A DNA stretch of 64,000 nt from an uncultured Candidatus Entotheonella sp. (GCA_965215335.1 CBDCDA010000001.1:64001-128000), one strand, 5' to 3'; counted from the first letter of the stretch, positions 1-10,373 are shown. Program-made: numbers and translations. Notes: generated by a model from the letters alone, not told the origin.

Positions 1-166
1 GGACAGGCCTGTCCGCGTGCTACAAAAGGGACGCCCCATCGTCTTCGAGAGCCGGGCAATACGTGGCGGCGCAGTTGTCCTGACGGCACATCCGACGTCG
101 AAACGTCCCCACCTCTCGACGGCCGCGAATTTTGCTCTCGACGATCCAGAGTTTTGCAAGTGGCTC

Positions 167-1479
167 GTCGGACAGAATTTAGGCCGCCCTGTCCGCGATC
201 GTGCCATAGTTGCGAAGGTCTTGGTATTCGGGGCTGGATTTTTCCAGGCTATGTCCCTGGGCTAAATACCGAGAAATTCGCTCAAGTAGGTGTTGGTTGA
301 AGGCGCGACGTTTGACACTCGCCATGGAAAATCCTGCCTGGCTAACGCCGCTTTGCTGCCGAGCTTCCAGTTTGCCCAAACTCATAGCACTCGTGCTCGC
401 ATTGAAGTGAACATGCAGCTTGGCTTGGGAACGCGCTTGACAGGCACTCAGAGACGTAAACTGCTTGGCGTCTCGGAAGAGAAATTCGATCTGGAAGCGC
501 GCTTTGTAGGCGCGATAGAGGCTGTGCACATCCACGTCGGTATCCGTGCTGAACAGCACCGCCCGCCGGTGAGTGCGGGTATCGACCACGAGCACCACAC
601 GCAGATTGCGCCGAAGATGCACGTGGTTGAGGACTTGGTGATAGAGCACGACGGCGTCGTCTTGGCTCGCTACACGCTCAAAGCGTGCCAGGTCGTCCCA
701 ATGGACCTTGCCGTCATAAGTCTTGGGTCGCCCGGGTCCTGGGCGTCCCGGTCCTTGGTAGAGATAGCGCAGATTGGCGTCACGGCGCAGCTTGCCAATC
801 TGATGCAGCCCCAGGGCGTGGAGTCCGTCAAGGAATTTACGTTTGCTGTAATAGCCATCCGTTATCACATGGCGTAGATGATGGAGTTGGTGGTCGCAGA
901 CCACGCCTCTCAATTGCGCCAGCCAGGCATCGATGCGAGTGCCTTGCACCTCAGAGGTCTTGTCGCTCGGCGGTGTCTGCTCAACACTGAGGCCATAGGC
1001 GCATCTGTCGGTGAGGTCGAGCCAGGCCACCGCAGAGACTTCCAGACTTTTTTCACTGCGCCGGTGGCCACTATTCCAGAAGGGTTCAAGACCATAGGTG
1101 TGGTTGCCACTTTTGGGGATGAAGCTGGCATCGATGACCAGAGCCTGTTGATGATCAGGCGGGATGACCTGGGTAATGGCCGCCTTGTTGAGTGCGACAA
1201 AGTCGAAGGGTCGGTCGTACCAGCGCGCAAAGGTGCGCTCGTGATATGGACTGTAGCGGCTGAGATTGCGAAACGTGGCATGGCCGGGAAGCATCAGTAG
1301 AAGTCCCAATAGATGGGCGATGAATTTGCGTTGCGGTTTCTTGGTTTGGACCAAGGTCGGCAGTACACTTTGAAGCAGTCGCACGGGACACCTCCATTCT
1401 TTGGTTGCGTGGGCTAACACAACTATGGAATTGGAGAACCCGTGCGACTACCTTGCTCTCAAAACTGTCCGAAGTATTG
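167..1479 (-). mobile_element. IS4-like element, one end damaged
   Basis: One end reads CAATACTTCGGACAG (minus, 1479-1465). Only TCGGACAG (168-175) survives at the other end. Confidence 0.6.
179..1384 (-). CDS. IS4-superfamily (IS4/IS701-like) DDE transposase
   Basis: Motifs VIDASFIPKSG, ITDGYY and YKARFQIEFLFRDAKQ (YREK signature). GTG start at 1384 with GGAGG RBS. Confidence 0.85.
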   Translation of the reverse strand: MRLLQSVLPTLVQTKKPQRKFIAHLLGLLLMLPGHATFRNLSRYSPYHERTFARWYDRPFDFVALNKAAITQVIPPDHQQALVIDASFIPKSGNHTYGLEPFWNSGHRRSEKSLEVSAVAWLDLTDRCAYGLSVEQTPPSDKTSEVQGTRIDAWLAQLRGVVCDHQLHHLRHVITDGYYSKRKFLDGLHALGLHQIGKLRRDANLRYLYQGPGRPGPGRPKTYDGKVHWDDLARFERVASQDDAVVLYHQVLNHVHLRRNLRVVLVVDTRTHRRAVLFSTDTDVDVHSLYRAYKARFQIEFLFRDAKQFTSLSACQARSQAKLHVHFNASTSAMSLGKLEARQQSGVSQAGFSMASVKRRAFNQHLLERISRYLAQGHSLEKSSPEYQDLRNYGTIADRAA

Positions 1480-1495
1480 ATCGGTCAAACTTCGG

Positions 1496-1702
1496 TCAAA
1501 CTACTGATCCCTGCATCGTATTGCGATACAGGTTTTGCAAGGCGGCGAGTAACGCGGTCTTTTGCTTTCCCCAGCCGACGCGTACTTGAAATTGAGTTAT
1601 GTCACGCGACAACAGGTCATCCACCGTTTTGATGCCAGCAGCTTCAAAAGTAGGCTTCAACAGGCTTGGCACAAAAACCGGATCAGACACGATCAACCCC
1701 AC
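1496..1702 (-). pseudogene. Fragment with an RNA polymerase alpha-CTD-like helix-hairpin-helix motif
   Basis: FEAAGIKTVDDLL...GWGKQKT resembles the alpha-CTD pattern. Short ORF abutting an IS. Confidence 0.35.
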
Positions 1703-1920
1703 TTGACACGTGCGACCTCATAGCCGGCAGTCCCGACATCCTCAACGGCCGAGCAGATAGCATCTTCGAGCGTCGTTGCTTCACGATGGAAATCAATGAA
1801 AAACAGCTCATTGGAGTTCCCGGCGTCCCATCGTCGCAGCCGTGCAAACAGCGCGTCGGCAAGGTCGGGCGCCGATTCGAGAGACTCAGCAAAGATCAAC
1901 GTGAAACCATACTGGTGCAT
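1693..1920 (-). CDS. Small hypothetical protein (FTLI..DALF..GCDD..IDFHREA family), possibly with compensating frameshifts
   Basis: MHQYGFTLIF...ADALF and IDFHREATTLEDAI lie in one frame. The family-typical GCDDGTPG lies in the neighbouring frame (ORF 1683..1892). Confidence 0.5.
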   Translation of the reverse strand: MHQYGFTLIFAESLESAPDLADALFARLRRWDAGNSNELFFIDFHREATTLEDAICSAVEDVGTAGYEVARVKWG

Positions 1921-1952
1921 GGCCTGATTGATCGTTCCTACAGCAGTCACGC

Positions 1953-3284
1953 CTACTGCCCGAACATGGCTCTGGGCAGGAAGGTGCTGATCGGCGGGAA
2001 CAGGATCAGGATGACCAGCGCCAGCAGGGCCAGGAAGAAAAAGGGCAGGATGCCTCGGAAGATGTCGTCCAGGGAGACGTCCCGGCCTTCCGGGATTTGC
2101 GTCGCCACGGAGCGCACGGTGTACACGTTCAGCCCCACGGGCGGCGTCAACAGGCCGATTTCAATGGCCATGATGACCAGCATGGCGAAGTACACCGGGT
2201 CGATGCCCAGTTGCACGATGATCGGGTGCACAACCGGCAGGGTAATGGACATCATCGAGATGGAGTCCTGGAACATGCCGAGAAAGAAATACATGGCCAG
2301 GAAGAGCATGACAACGGCCATCGGCGGGATGCCGGCGTTGATGACCCAGGAGACGAAGGCGTTCGGCAGCCCGGTGAACACCAGGAAGCGGGCGAAAATC
2401 ATGGCGCCGATGAGGATGAAGAACACCAGCGCCGTGGTCTGCGCCGCCTCGTTCAGCGCCGCCGCGAAGTTGCGCCACGTCAGGCCGCCCGACAGCAGCG
2501 CCAGAATGAGGGCGCCCAGGGCACCGGCAGCGCCGGCCTCGGTGGGGGTGAAGACGCCGGTGTACATGCCGATGATGATCCCCGCCACGAGGACGACGAT
2601 GCCCCATACGCCGCCGAGCGATCTCAGGCGCTCGCCCCACGACGCTACCCCCTCGGAGCGCGGTGCCAGCCGGGGCCGCATCAACGCCGACACCACGATC
2701 CCCAGCGTGAAGATCACCGTCAGCACGGCGCCGGGGCCAACCCCGGCGATGAGCAGAATGCCGATCGACTGCTCGGTCAGGATGCCGTAGATCACCATCA
2801 GCGCGCTGGGCGGAATGAGCATGCCCAGCATGCCGGCCGCCGCAATCGTGCCGCAGGCGAAGCGTTTGTCGTACGCCCGCTTGCGCATTTCCGGCAGGCT
2901 GATGCGGGTGAACACCGCGCAGGCCACCACGCTGGAGCCGGTGCAGGCGCCGAACAGGGCATTGGCCCACGTCGTGGCGATGGCCAGGCCACCCGGCAGC
3001 CGACCGACCCATTTGTACGCCGCGTCGAAGGCCCGGCTGCTCATCCCGGCGTGCGTGGCAAACAGGCCCATGATGATGAACAGGGGCAGCACGGTGAAGG
3101 CGAAGGAGGCGGTGGTGGCATACGGCGTCGTGGTCAGCAGCCCTAGGCCGAACCTGACGCTGCCGGTCATGCCGATGATGCCCACGAAACCCACCACGGC
3201 GAGTGACAAGCCGACGTGAATCCCCAGCGCCAACAGTACCAGCACCGCGACGAAGCCGACGATTCCCCACACCATTGGATCCAC
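1953..3284 (-). CDS. dctM: TRAP transporter large permease
   Basis: Hydrophobic 443 aa; GMLIPPS and GLLTPPVGLN motifs. Confidence 0.95.
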   Translation of the reverse strand: MDPMVWGIVGFVAVLVLLALGIHVGLSLAVVGFVGIIGMTGSVRFGLGLLTTTPYATTASFAFTVLPLFIIMGLFATHAGMSSRAFDAAYKWVGRLPGGLAIATTWANALFGACTGSSVVACAVFTRISLPEMRKRAYDKRFACGTIAAAGMLGMLIPPSALMVIYGILTEQSIGILLIAGVGPGAVLTVIFTLGIVVSALMRPRLAPRSEGVASWGERLRSLGGVWGIVVLVAGIIIGMYTGVFTPTEAGAAGALGALILALLSGGLTWRNFAAALNEAAQTTALVFFILIGAMIFARFLVFTGLPNAFVSWVINAGIPPMAVVMLFLAMYFFLGMFQDSISMMSITLPVVHPIIVQLGIDPVYFAMLVIMAIEIGLLTPPVGLNVYTVRSVATQIPEGRDVSLDDIFRGILPFFFLALLALVILILFPPISTFLPRAMFGQ

Positions 3285-3294
3285 GCCGCGCTCC

Positions 3295-3798
3295 CTATGA
3301 TTGCTTTTCGAGGTCCTGGAGCCGCCGCGCTACGTCGGCGACAAACTGCAGGCACAGAATCGCGGCGCCGAGAGGCACGACGAACTGCGACGGGTAACGG
3401 GGGATGTTGATCAGTCCGGCGACGTAATCGCCGACCAGCCACGAGGTCCAGGCCCACCCGAAGCCGCGCCACAGGATGGTGGCGTACACCAGGATACCGA
3501 GGCAATAGGCCAGGATGTCCAGACAGGCGCGGGCGCGCGGCGGCAGACGCAGGGTGAGGAACTCGACGCGGATGTGAGCGCCCGTTCGCTGCGTCGAGGC
3601 GAGGGCGAGGAAGACAATGAACACCAGCATGAAGGAGCCGACTTCGTAGGCCATGGGCACCGGGCTGTTGAACACGTAACGCCCGGTGATGTCGGCCACC
3701 ACCAGCACCATCAGCAGCAGCACGAAGGCCGCCGACACCGCATTGGCGGCGGCGACCAGCCATCCCAGCGCCCGGTCAAGCCGCGACACGTCCCGCAT
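3295..3798 (-). CDS. dctQ: TRAP transporter small permease
   Basis: Four TM helices, GRYVFNSP and HIRVE motifs, lies between dctP and dctM. Confidence 0.93.
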   Translation of the reverse strand: MRDVSRLDRALGWLVAAANAVSAAFVLLLMVLVVADITGRYVFNSPVPMAYEVGSFMLVFIVFLALASTQRTGAHIRVEFLTLRLPPRARACLDILAYCLGILVYATILWRGFGWAWTSWLVGDYVAGLINIPRYPSQFVVPLGAAILCLQFVADVARRLQDLEKQS

Positions 3799-3817
3799 GG
3801 CAGCCTCCTTCGTGGCG

Positions 3818-4867
3818 TTAGCGGAAATCCGCCGCCCACATGCGGGGGAACTGGTGTCCCATGCTCTCCAGCAACTCCAGGTAGCGCACCATCACCGCCT
3901 TGCCGGCTCGCCCTTTGCCCTCCATCTCCTCGATCCAGGCGCCGGGGATGTCGGACAGAGCGTTGGACCATCTCACCTTCTCGTCGAACGGCATCTCGTG
4001 GAAAATCACGCCGGCCGCCTCGAACCCGGCCTTGGCCTCCTCGCGCCGGGAGCGGATCAGATCGGCGTTGCGCGCCACGGCTTCCTTGCCCACCTCCATC
4101 ATCAACGCCTGCAAGTCCGCCGGCAGGCTATTCCAGAACGTCGTGTTGATGGTGACCAGGATGGGCATGGCGGCGCCCATGTCGATCCACGTGGCGTGCT
4201 TGTTGAAGTCCTGGTACTTGTAGGCGAACGAGATGTCCCAGGGCAGGAACTCGGCCTCGATGACGCCCGTTTGCAGGGCCGTATAGCGTTCGGCAACCGG
4301 CATGTGAATGGCCAAGGCGCCAGCGCTGCTGAGGATTTTCGGGTGATAGGCGCCGATGGAGGCGATCTTGACGCCATCCAGGTCGTCGAAGGTGACCAAG
4401 GGCCGCTTGGAGGTGAGGTTGTAGGTGTCGATAACCAGCGGGAAGAGAAGTTTCTGGTTGTATCGCTCGATTTCGGCCTTGAGCGCCGGCACGTCCTCGA
4501 AGAGGCGCTGGCAGGCGTCGAGAATCATCTTGGGGTCGCCCGGTCCGAAGGGCACCGCGTAGGTCCAATTGACGAGCGGCAGCTTGCCGGCGTAGTAGGG
4601 CGCGGCGATGCTGCCCACCTCCACCAGCCCGAACTCGACGGCTTCCAGTTCCTCGCCGGCCTTGGTCAGGGCGCCCATCCAGAAGAACTCCCAACTGATG
4701 CGGCCGTCGCTGCGCCGGGCGACTTCGTCGGCCCACCACTTGGCCGTTTCGCTGACCAGGAACGGCGGCGGCGCGATCGGCGAGGTGAACTTCAGCCGCA
4801 GCGTCTGCGAGACGACAGGGGCCGCGTACAACAGGGACAAGGTTGCGAGGATGCCGATAGTCTTCAT
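3818..4867 (-). CDS. dctP: TRAP solute-binding protein
   Basis: Signal peptide MKTIGILATLSLLYAAP; ERYTALQTGVIE motif. Confidence 0.9.
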   Translation of the reverse strand: MKTIGILATLSLLYAAPVVSQTLRLKFTSPIAPPPFLVSETAKWWADEVARRSDGRISWEFFWMGALTKAGEELEAVEFGLVEVGSIAAPYYAGKLPLVNWTYAVPFGPGDPKMILDACQRLFEDVPALKAEIERYNQKLLFPLVIDTYNLTSKRPLVTFDDLDGVKIASIGAYHPKILSSAGALAIHMPVAERYTALQTGVIEAEFLPWDISFAYKYQDFNKHATWIDMGAAMPILVTINTTFWNSLPADLQALMMEVGKEAVARNADLIRSRREEAKAGFEAAGVIFHEMPFDEKVRWSNALSDIPGAWIEEMEGKGRAGKAVMVRYLELLESMGHQFPRMWAADFR

Positions 4868-5019
4868 CAAACGGTTCCTACCCATCTTGTGTGATCTCCT
4901 TCCCGGCCAAGCCGATGGGGGCGTACAGCGGTCGTGAAACGCCGCCATCATAGCACAGGCCACCGCGTCGGCCATAACAGGCCGAGACTGCCCTGCGTGC
5001 TGCCGCAGACCGGGCTTGA

Positions 5020-5090
5020 CAGCTGGCAGCCCGGCCAGTACACACTCGATGGCATTGAAGACTTCGCGCAGGTCCGTCTTGCGTGCCTGT
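5020..5090 (-). pseudogene. IS5-family transposase N-terminal remnant
   Basis: RKTDLREVFNAI..VL..GCQ pattern, degraded. Confidence 0.5.
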
Positions 5091-5157
5091 TGCCGGCTTT
5101 CTCCCAATCCCGTAATGGACGGTTACGATAGCCCTGGCGATGAATCCGGCTCGTCAA

Positions 5158-5287
5158 CCCCTTGGCCTTGAGCTTCTCCTCGATGGCTCTCGACCGCTAG
5201 GCACTGTCGGCCCACACAGCGCTTGCCGTGTTGTCCGTTGTCAGCACCTCGTCAACCGCCTGGCTGTCGTGAACCGAGGCGTCCGTC
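5158..5287 (-). pseudogene. IS5-family transposase internal remnant
   Basis: Minus strand reads TDASVHDSQAVDEVLTTDNTASAVWADSA*RSRAIEEKLKAKG, with an in-frame TAG in ADSAY. Confidence 0.75.
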
Positions 5288-6022
5288 TATTCACGCAGTG
5301 TGCCGAACACGCCATCCAGTCGAAAGCTTGTAAACTTTCCGGCTGCTCCTTCATGGTCATGGCCATAAAATGCGCCATTGAATGCGCCATTGATGGTCCT
5401 GTATCCGTTCCGACTCTGGAACTTGCCGTTCGACAGGCTCAGGTTTCTCCAGGCTAAGTCGGCGTGGTCTTTCGTGAAATTCGTGAAGTCAACATTGATC
5501 GTCGCGGTACTGAGGTCGACTTCAAGGCGGGCATCCCCGCTGACCGGAGTGCCGAAGGTGTCTGGATGTACGTCGTAGGCGCGTACACCACCAGACCAAA
5601 CTACAGACCCACTCACCGGATTGCTGCCTGTGGGTATGCCTTGGGTTACAAGTTCATAATCGGAACCGAATGGATCATCGGTGTCGCGGATGAACATCTT
5701 GAACAGAGTCGTGTCGCCCTGATTCAACCAAAAACCCCAGTCGTCGAATGAGTAGTAGTCACGCATTCCCGAAAAGGTGCCTGGGAAGCGGCCACCGATA
5801 CTGGTCACGCTGTAACTCGTGATTCCCGTGACACGGGCAGTTCCCATCTTGTTGAATGTCACTGGACCGGTTGGCTCCGGTTCTGGTGTGGGTTGTATTG
5901 GAGGCTCTGGCATGGGAATCGTTGCCAGACTCATCACCACCGTCTCCGCAAGCGGTCAGCATGAGTATGGCGGAAAGAATCAGGATGAAAAGGGTAATTC
6001 TGGACATGTGAACGAGGAACAT
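5287..6022 (-). pseudogene. Lipoprotein with transferrin-binding-protein-like beta-barrel, frameshifted near 5940
   Basis: GGAGG RBS plus lipobox LTA-C in ORF 5759..6022. The Pro/Glu linker and barrel (GAFYGHDHEGAAGKF...GVFG) are in ORF 5287..5940. Confidence 0.7.
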
Positions 6023-6228
6023 GGGACACCTCCCCTGGGCGGGCGTTCCCGGCGGCCCCCGATTGGCGCCGGGCCGTTGCGAACACCCTTATGCGTTACG
6101 CATAAGGCAGGAGGAAACCTATCCATGCAAAAGAGTGCACATTTTCCCTACATCAGAACTTATCTCCACTGTACACGACAAAAATCACCAAGTAGTTGAG
6201 AGACAAGGTGTAATCCCCTAGGGTGGGT

Positions 6229-6512
6229 CGCCAACACGCCCGCTCGAACAGGTGACCGCGCAAGCGCGCCGTGGCGCCGCTTCGGTTCCGGGTAAGATCG
6301 GCAAACTGGATGCCATCGTCGGTCAGCACCGTATGGACCTGGTAGGGCACAGCTGCCGCCGCTTTCGTGTTGGCGCGTTCCACCAGCTTGGCGAAGGCGA
6401 ACTTCGAGGTCCGGTCGATGGCGATGAACAGATGGAGTTTGCCCTCGGCGGTGCGCAGTTCGGCGATGTCGACATGGAAATAGCCGATGGGGTAGCGCTT
6501 GAAGCGCTTCCT
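6229..6512 (-). pseudogene. IS481-family transposase remnant
   Basis: KRFKRYPIGYFHVDIAELRTAEGKLHLFIAIDRTSKFAF...HTVLTDDGIQF. Confidence 0.85.
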
Positions 6513-8204
6513 TTACCCTCTGCGTTCATCCAGCACTCCACGCTGACGCAGCAGGTCAGTCAATTGCTCGTAGCTGATGCCGTACTTCGCGGCAATCTCG
6601 CGGGCATGGCTGCGCCCCATCGGCGGCCCCGGCAGAATCTTGTACGACCGCTGATCGCCATCCTCCCCGCCGTGCAGGCGCGACGCCACCAGACTCACCA
6701 ACCCGCTGTCGCCTTCGGTTTCGGCATTGAGTTGCGGCACGGCGGCGGCGAGTTCGTGCAAGTGGGTGGCGAAGATGGCGCGCGTGCCCATGCGGCGCAG
6801 GATGCGGCTGATGTCCTGCGCCAGGTAGACGCTCTCACCAGGGCTGGTGCTGGCCAGCGATTCGTTCAGCAGAATCAGGCTGTGCGGCGTGGCGCGCTTG
6901 AAAATCTGGCTCAGGCGTTGCGCTTCGTCGCCGAACCGCCCCGTGGCCTTGGCCAGGCTTTCCTCGATCGGGTAGTGGGTGAAGATGTTGTCGACCGGGC
7001 TGATGCGCGCCTCCGTCGCCGACAGCCACAGGCCGGCCTGCGCGAGGATCTGGCACAGGCCGACCATCTGCGTGTAGGTCGTCTTGCCGCCCTGATTGGG
7101 GCCGGTCAGGATCGTAATGCGACGGTCACGGTCCATGCAGACGTCGTTTCTGACAATACGATCCGTCCCATCCCTCTGCGCCACGCCATGCAACGCCAGA
7201 TTCAGGTTGTACGCCTCGCGCAGTTCGCCAACCCGCTCGTCCATCGGCGCGATGCCGGGCCGACACACCGGCAGCCCATGGTTCCGCAGCCGTTCCATGA
7301 GCCGCAGGGCGGCCAGATAAAACGTCATGTCGCCACTCAGGGTAGCCAGGAAACCGCTCTGCACGGTGACGTAGCGGCGCAGGACGCGGGCAATCGGGCG
7401 GCAGACGGAATCCAGCACGCGAGCGAGATCGCTGAACAGCGGCACCATGAGCGGATTGACGTCCTGACGACTGCCCGCCAGGCCCGGGATGCCAGGGCCG
7501 GGATCAAGTTCGGGCACGCTGTGCAGCGGGCCGATGCCCTTGAAAGCGTCACGTTCCCGGCCCAGGAGACGGTCGAGGAACGACGACGAGGTGAAGCGCC
7601 GGGCGTTGACCGACAGCAGCGTGGCCGCCACCGGCCGCAGATGGCTGTCCAGATTCACGCCGATGGTGACGCTGGCCTTGGTGCGCAGCGTGTCGAGCAT
7701 GTCCGGCAGCTCGCGCGTCAGGTTGCGGTAGACGGGACCGGCAGCGGTTTCGGCAATGAGGCCGCGCAGGGTGCGCCAACCCGCGGCCCGCACCCCCTCC
7801 CCCACGGCCTCGAACAGGTCGTTCAGGCCGCTGACGCAACTGACGAAATGATCGAGCTCGCCCAGGCGCCACGTGACGTCCTGAAAGGTGGAGCGTTTGC
7901 GGTCAAAGGAGGAGCGATACGATTCCAGGGCGCCGATGGTCGGCAGGAGGGCTTCCAGACCTTGACGGAACGCCGCATGATCCCACAGGTCTTCAATGAC
8001 GTCCTGGCGATAGGCAATGACGGTGGGATCGGTGCAGATGCGGGTGAGAATCTCCCGCACCTTGCCGCGTTCGATGCTGCTTCGCGTCAGCGCCGCAAGG
8101 GTCTGCTCCAACTCCAGATCGCGCACGCATTGGGCGTCCAGTTCGGCGTGGCAGCGTGCCACGCCGGTAGGCCATAGCAGGCTGAACGGTTGCGGGGTAT
8201 CCAT
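6513..8204 (-). CDS. MutS-related ATPase (domain V, no mismatch-binding domain)
   Basis: TGPNQGGKTT Walker A, LILLNES.ST, IFATHLHEL. Confidence 0.88.
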   Translation of the reverse strand: MDTPQPFSLLWPTGVARCHAELDAQCVRDLELEQTLAALTRSSIERGKVREILTRICTDPTVIAYRQDVIEDLWDHAAFRQGLEALLPTIGALESYRSSFDRKRSTFQDVTWRLGELDHFVSCVSGLNDLFEAVGEGVRAAGWRTLRGLIAETAAGPVYRNLTRELPDMLDTLRTKASVTIGVNLDSHLRPVAATLLSVNARRFTSSSFLDRLLGRERDAFKGIGPLHSVPELDPGPGIPGLAGSRQDVNPLMVPLFSDLARVLDSVCRPIARVLRRYVTVQSGFLATLSGDMTFYLAALRLMERLRNHGLPVCRPGIAPMDERVGELREAYNLNLALHGVAQRDGTDRIVRNDVCMDRDRRITILTGPNQGGKTTYTQMVGLCQILAQAGLWLSATEARISPVDNIFTHYPIEESLAKATGRFGDEAQRLSQIFKRATPHSLILLNESLASTSPGESVYLAQDISRILRRMGTRAIFATHLHELAAAVPQLNAETEGDSGLVSLVASRLHGGEDGDQRSYKILPGPPMGRSHAREIAAKYGISYEQLTDLLRQRGVLDERRG

Positions 8205-8306
8205 GGCTCTCCGTGGATCAGCGAACGGGCGGTGCGCCGCTCAGGGCTCTGGCGACGGCATCGGGGTCCTGTCACCGCGACAGCTCCCAGGCATGACAGA
8301 GACGGC

Positions 8307-9419
8307 TCACGTCATCAGGGCACGGATTTGGTCGTTCCATGCCACTTTCAGAGCCGACGGAACGGTACGTTCGCGCAAGAGGGCCAGAACCGCCTCGGTA
8401 AAAATCCTCCTGCAACGTGGCCCTATGGTAAACAGGGTCGTCATTACCCAGTCTTTCACCGGTACGAAATTGATCTCATGTCCTTGGGCGAAGAATTGCT
8501 TCGCCGCTTCGTGCGCGTCATCCCTTGGGGCAGCACCTGAAAAGAAAAAGAGATAGTCATCAATTCCATGCGGGGCGATCTTCGTGTTGAAGGTAGAAAC
8601 GACACGTGAACGGTCGATCAACCTTTCGGTAATTTCTATCGCCAGTACAATCGAAGCATCCCTCTTGATCGTGATATCGCCCCCAACACCGGAAGCCCGA
8701 TCCGCAACGTTTATACCCTGCCATTCGATTTCCCAATCCAGTTCAAAGCAATCCCGAATCGTTTGGAACATGGCCACGGCGAGAAGAACGGGCATAAGTC
8801 CACCACTCTGAACCTGCAACAAATTCCCTATCAGCACGTCATATTGTCCCAGACTCAATCGTTGGATTACCAGAAGGGAAATCGTCGCCTCGTCTCTCAG
8901 GGCTACGAAATGATAGAGCAGGTATCGCAGCAGACTTCTTTTCTCCGAGGATTCCCGGGCGCTTTCAAGGGCATCCACAACTACCAGAAAAGCATCATAT
9001 CCCGCCTGATCCCGGAGACCGTTGCGAGTTTCAGGAATCAACTTCACACTGCGCCTGAATGTTGCGAGGTAAGGTCCTCGGGAAGCTGGGACCAACCTGT
9101 CTTGCAAGAAAGGATTCACGACTCGTTCGTCAAGTGTGCGTCCATTGAAGGCATCGTCCCCATGGTTCATGTACGGATGACGCAGGTTAATTGCAGGATT
9201 GAGATTGCATGCCAAGGCGCAACCGAGAAGCGCTTCCCGGTACGACCGAGTCTGTGAAGAGAAGAGGATTTCCGCAGATGTCTGAATATCGGGAGGAACC
9301 ACGGGCGGCGTTCGATGGCGAAAATCCGCCTCCACTTCTTCAAAAACCTCTGCCAGTAATTGTCGGGCACTTTCGTAATCAATGGCTCCAGTGCGCTGTA
9401 GTCTTGTTCTACGATCCAT
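8307..9419 (-). CDS. Type II restriction endonuclease, SacI-like
   Basis: GRTLDERVVNPFL, INVADRASGVGGDI...IEIT (PD-D/ExK-like). Directly downstream of a DNA MTase, lower GC. Confidence 0.7.
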   Translation of the reverse strand: MDRRTRLQRTGAIDYESARQLLAEVFEEVEADFRHRTPPVVPPDIQTSAEILFSSQTRSYREALLGCALACNLNPAINLRHPYMNHGDDAFNGRTLDERVVNPFLQDRLVPASRGPYLATFRRSVKLIPETRNGLRDQAGYDAFLVVVDALESARESSEKRSLLRYLLYHFVALRDEATISLLVIQRLSLGQYDVLIGNLLQVQSGGLMPVLLAVAMFQTIRDCFELDWEIEWQGINVADRASGVGGDITIKRDASIVLAIEITERLIDRSRVVSTFNTKIAPHGIDDYLFFFSGAAPRDDAHEAAKQFFAQGHEINFVPVKDWVMTTLFTIGPRCRRIFTEAVLALLRERTVPSALKVAWNDQIRALMT

Positions 9420-9422
9420 GAT

Positions 9423-10373
9423 TCAATAATTCATCCACAGACATTCTTGTCTCGGTTTCTTGATGGAGTGACAGGTCTTCACAGGGCTATCAAATCGTCT
9501 CCATCCTTTGTAGAGTTCGTCCATTAATTCGTACTGATACCCCGAGACGGCTACCTTGCCGCGGCAGTCTCTCAGGACCTCGGCGAGTTCTCTGTGTTCC
9601 ACTTCTTCCATTTCAAACTGATAAGCTTTGCTGTCACCACGAGTTGCATGAAGGTAAGGCGGATCACAATAAAAAAGGGTTGTGGGATCATCATAGAGTT
9701 GAACAACTTGGGTAGCGGGTCGATTTTCGATCTGCACCCTGAGCAATCTTTCTCCAATGTCATCCAGAGACGCGACCCCGCCAAACCAGCGAGAGATCAC
9801 ACCAGACATTCCCGCCCGGCTCGTGTTCCTGCAATTCGCCCACCTCCCCAGGGTGGCGGTTTGCGCAAGTCCTGTTCTCGCCTGCCGAGCTCTCACATAG
9901 AACCGTCGGGCCCGTTCCAGTTTGGACATGCCCCTTCTGCTCCCATGAATGGCTCTGTAGAACTCTTCCCGCGAGAACGGCGTCAGGGCAATTGCTCGAA
10001 TGAGACGATCGGAGTCGTCCCTCAAGACGGAGAAAAAATTCACCAGTTCACCGTCAATGTCGTTGTAGGTCTCTACAGAAGAGGGATCCCGATTCAGCAA
10101 GACGGCCGCCGAGCCGGCGAAGGGTTCACAATAATGATGGCTTTCAGGAAGCAGGGGTAAGAGCCATTCCAGATGACTGAATTTCCCACCATACCAGCCA
10201 AAGACAATTCGGCGTCCTTTACGGCGCGGGGCCGGAATTGAACTGTCTGTTGTCTGATTTTCTCCATTCAAATAGATTGGCGAGGGTTTTCTTTTCCCAT
10301 TGAGCCCACTGCCATTCGACAGTTCGAGGCATAATTGCACACGGCTCTTTTTGTCCACTTTCGCCTCTTCCAT
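9423..10373 (-). CDS. DNA N6-adenine methyltransferase (Dam/D12 alpha class)
   Basis: WYGGK, EPFAGSAAV, NDID, YCDPPY. Confidence 0.93.
   Translation of the reverse strand: MEEAKVDKKSRVQLCLELSNGSGLNGKRKPSPIYLNGENQTTDSSIPAPRRKGRRIVFGWYGGKFSHLEWLLPLLPESHHYCEPFAGSAAVLLNRDPSSVETYNDIDGELVNFFSVLRDDSDRLIRAIALTPFSREEFYRAIHGSRRGMSKLERARRFYVRARQARTGLAQTATLGRWANCRNTSRAGMSGVISRWFGGVASLDDIGERLLRVQIENRPATQVVQLYDDPTTLFYCDPPYLHATRGDSKAYQFEMEEVEHRELAEVLRDCRGKVAVSGYQYELMDELYKGWRRFDSPVKTCHSIKKPRQECLWMNY

Noticed and set aside
1..166. 82-aa ORF at the window start
   Set aside because: No protein signal. GAGTTTTGCAAGTGGCTC (149-166) looks like another IS end but cannot be confirmed here.
6252..8177. Long antisense ORFs (also 55124-57457, 34110-35966, 25405-27087, 59088-60713)
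   Set aside because: Shadow frames of real high-GC genes on the opposite strand. Only the HTH tail of 34110-35966 is real.
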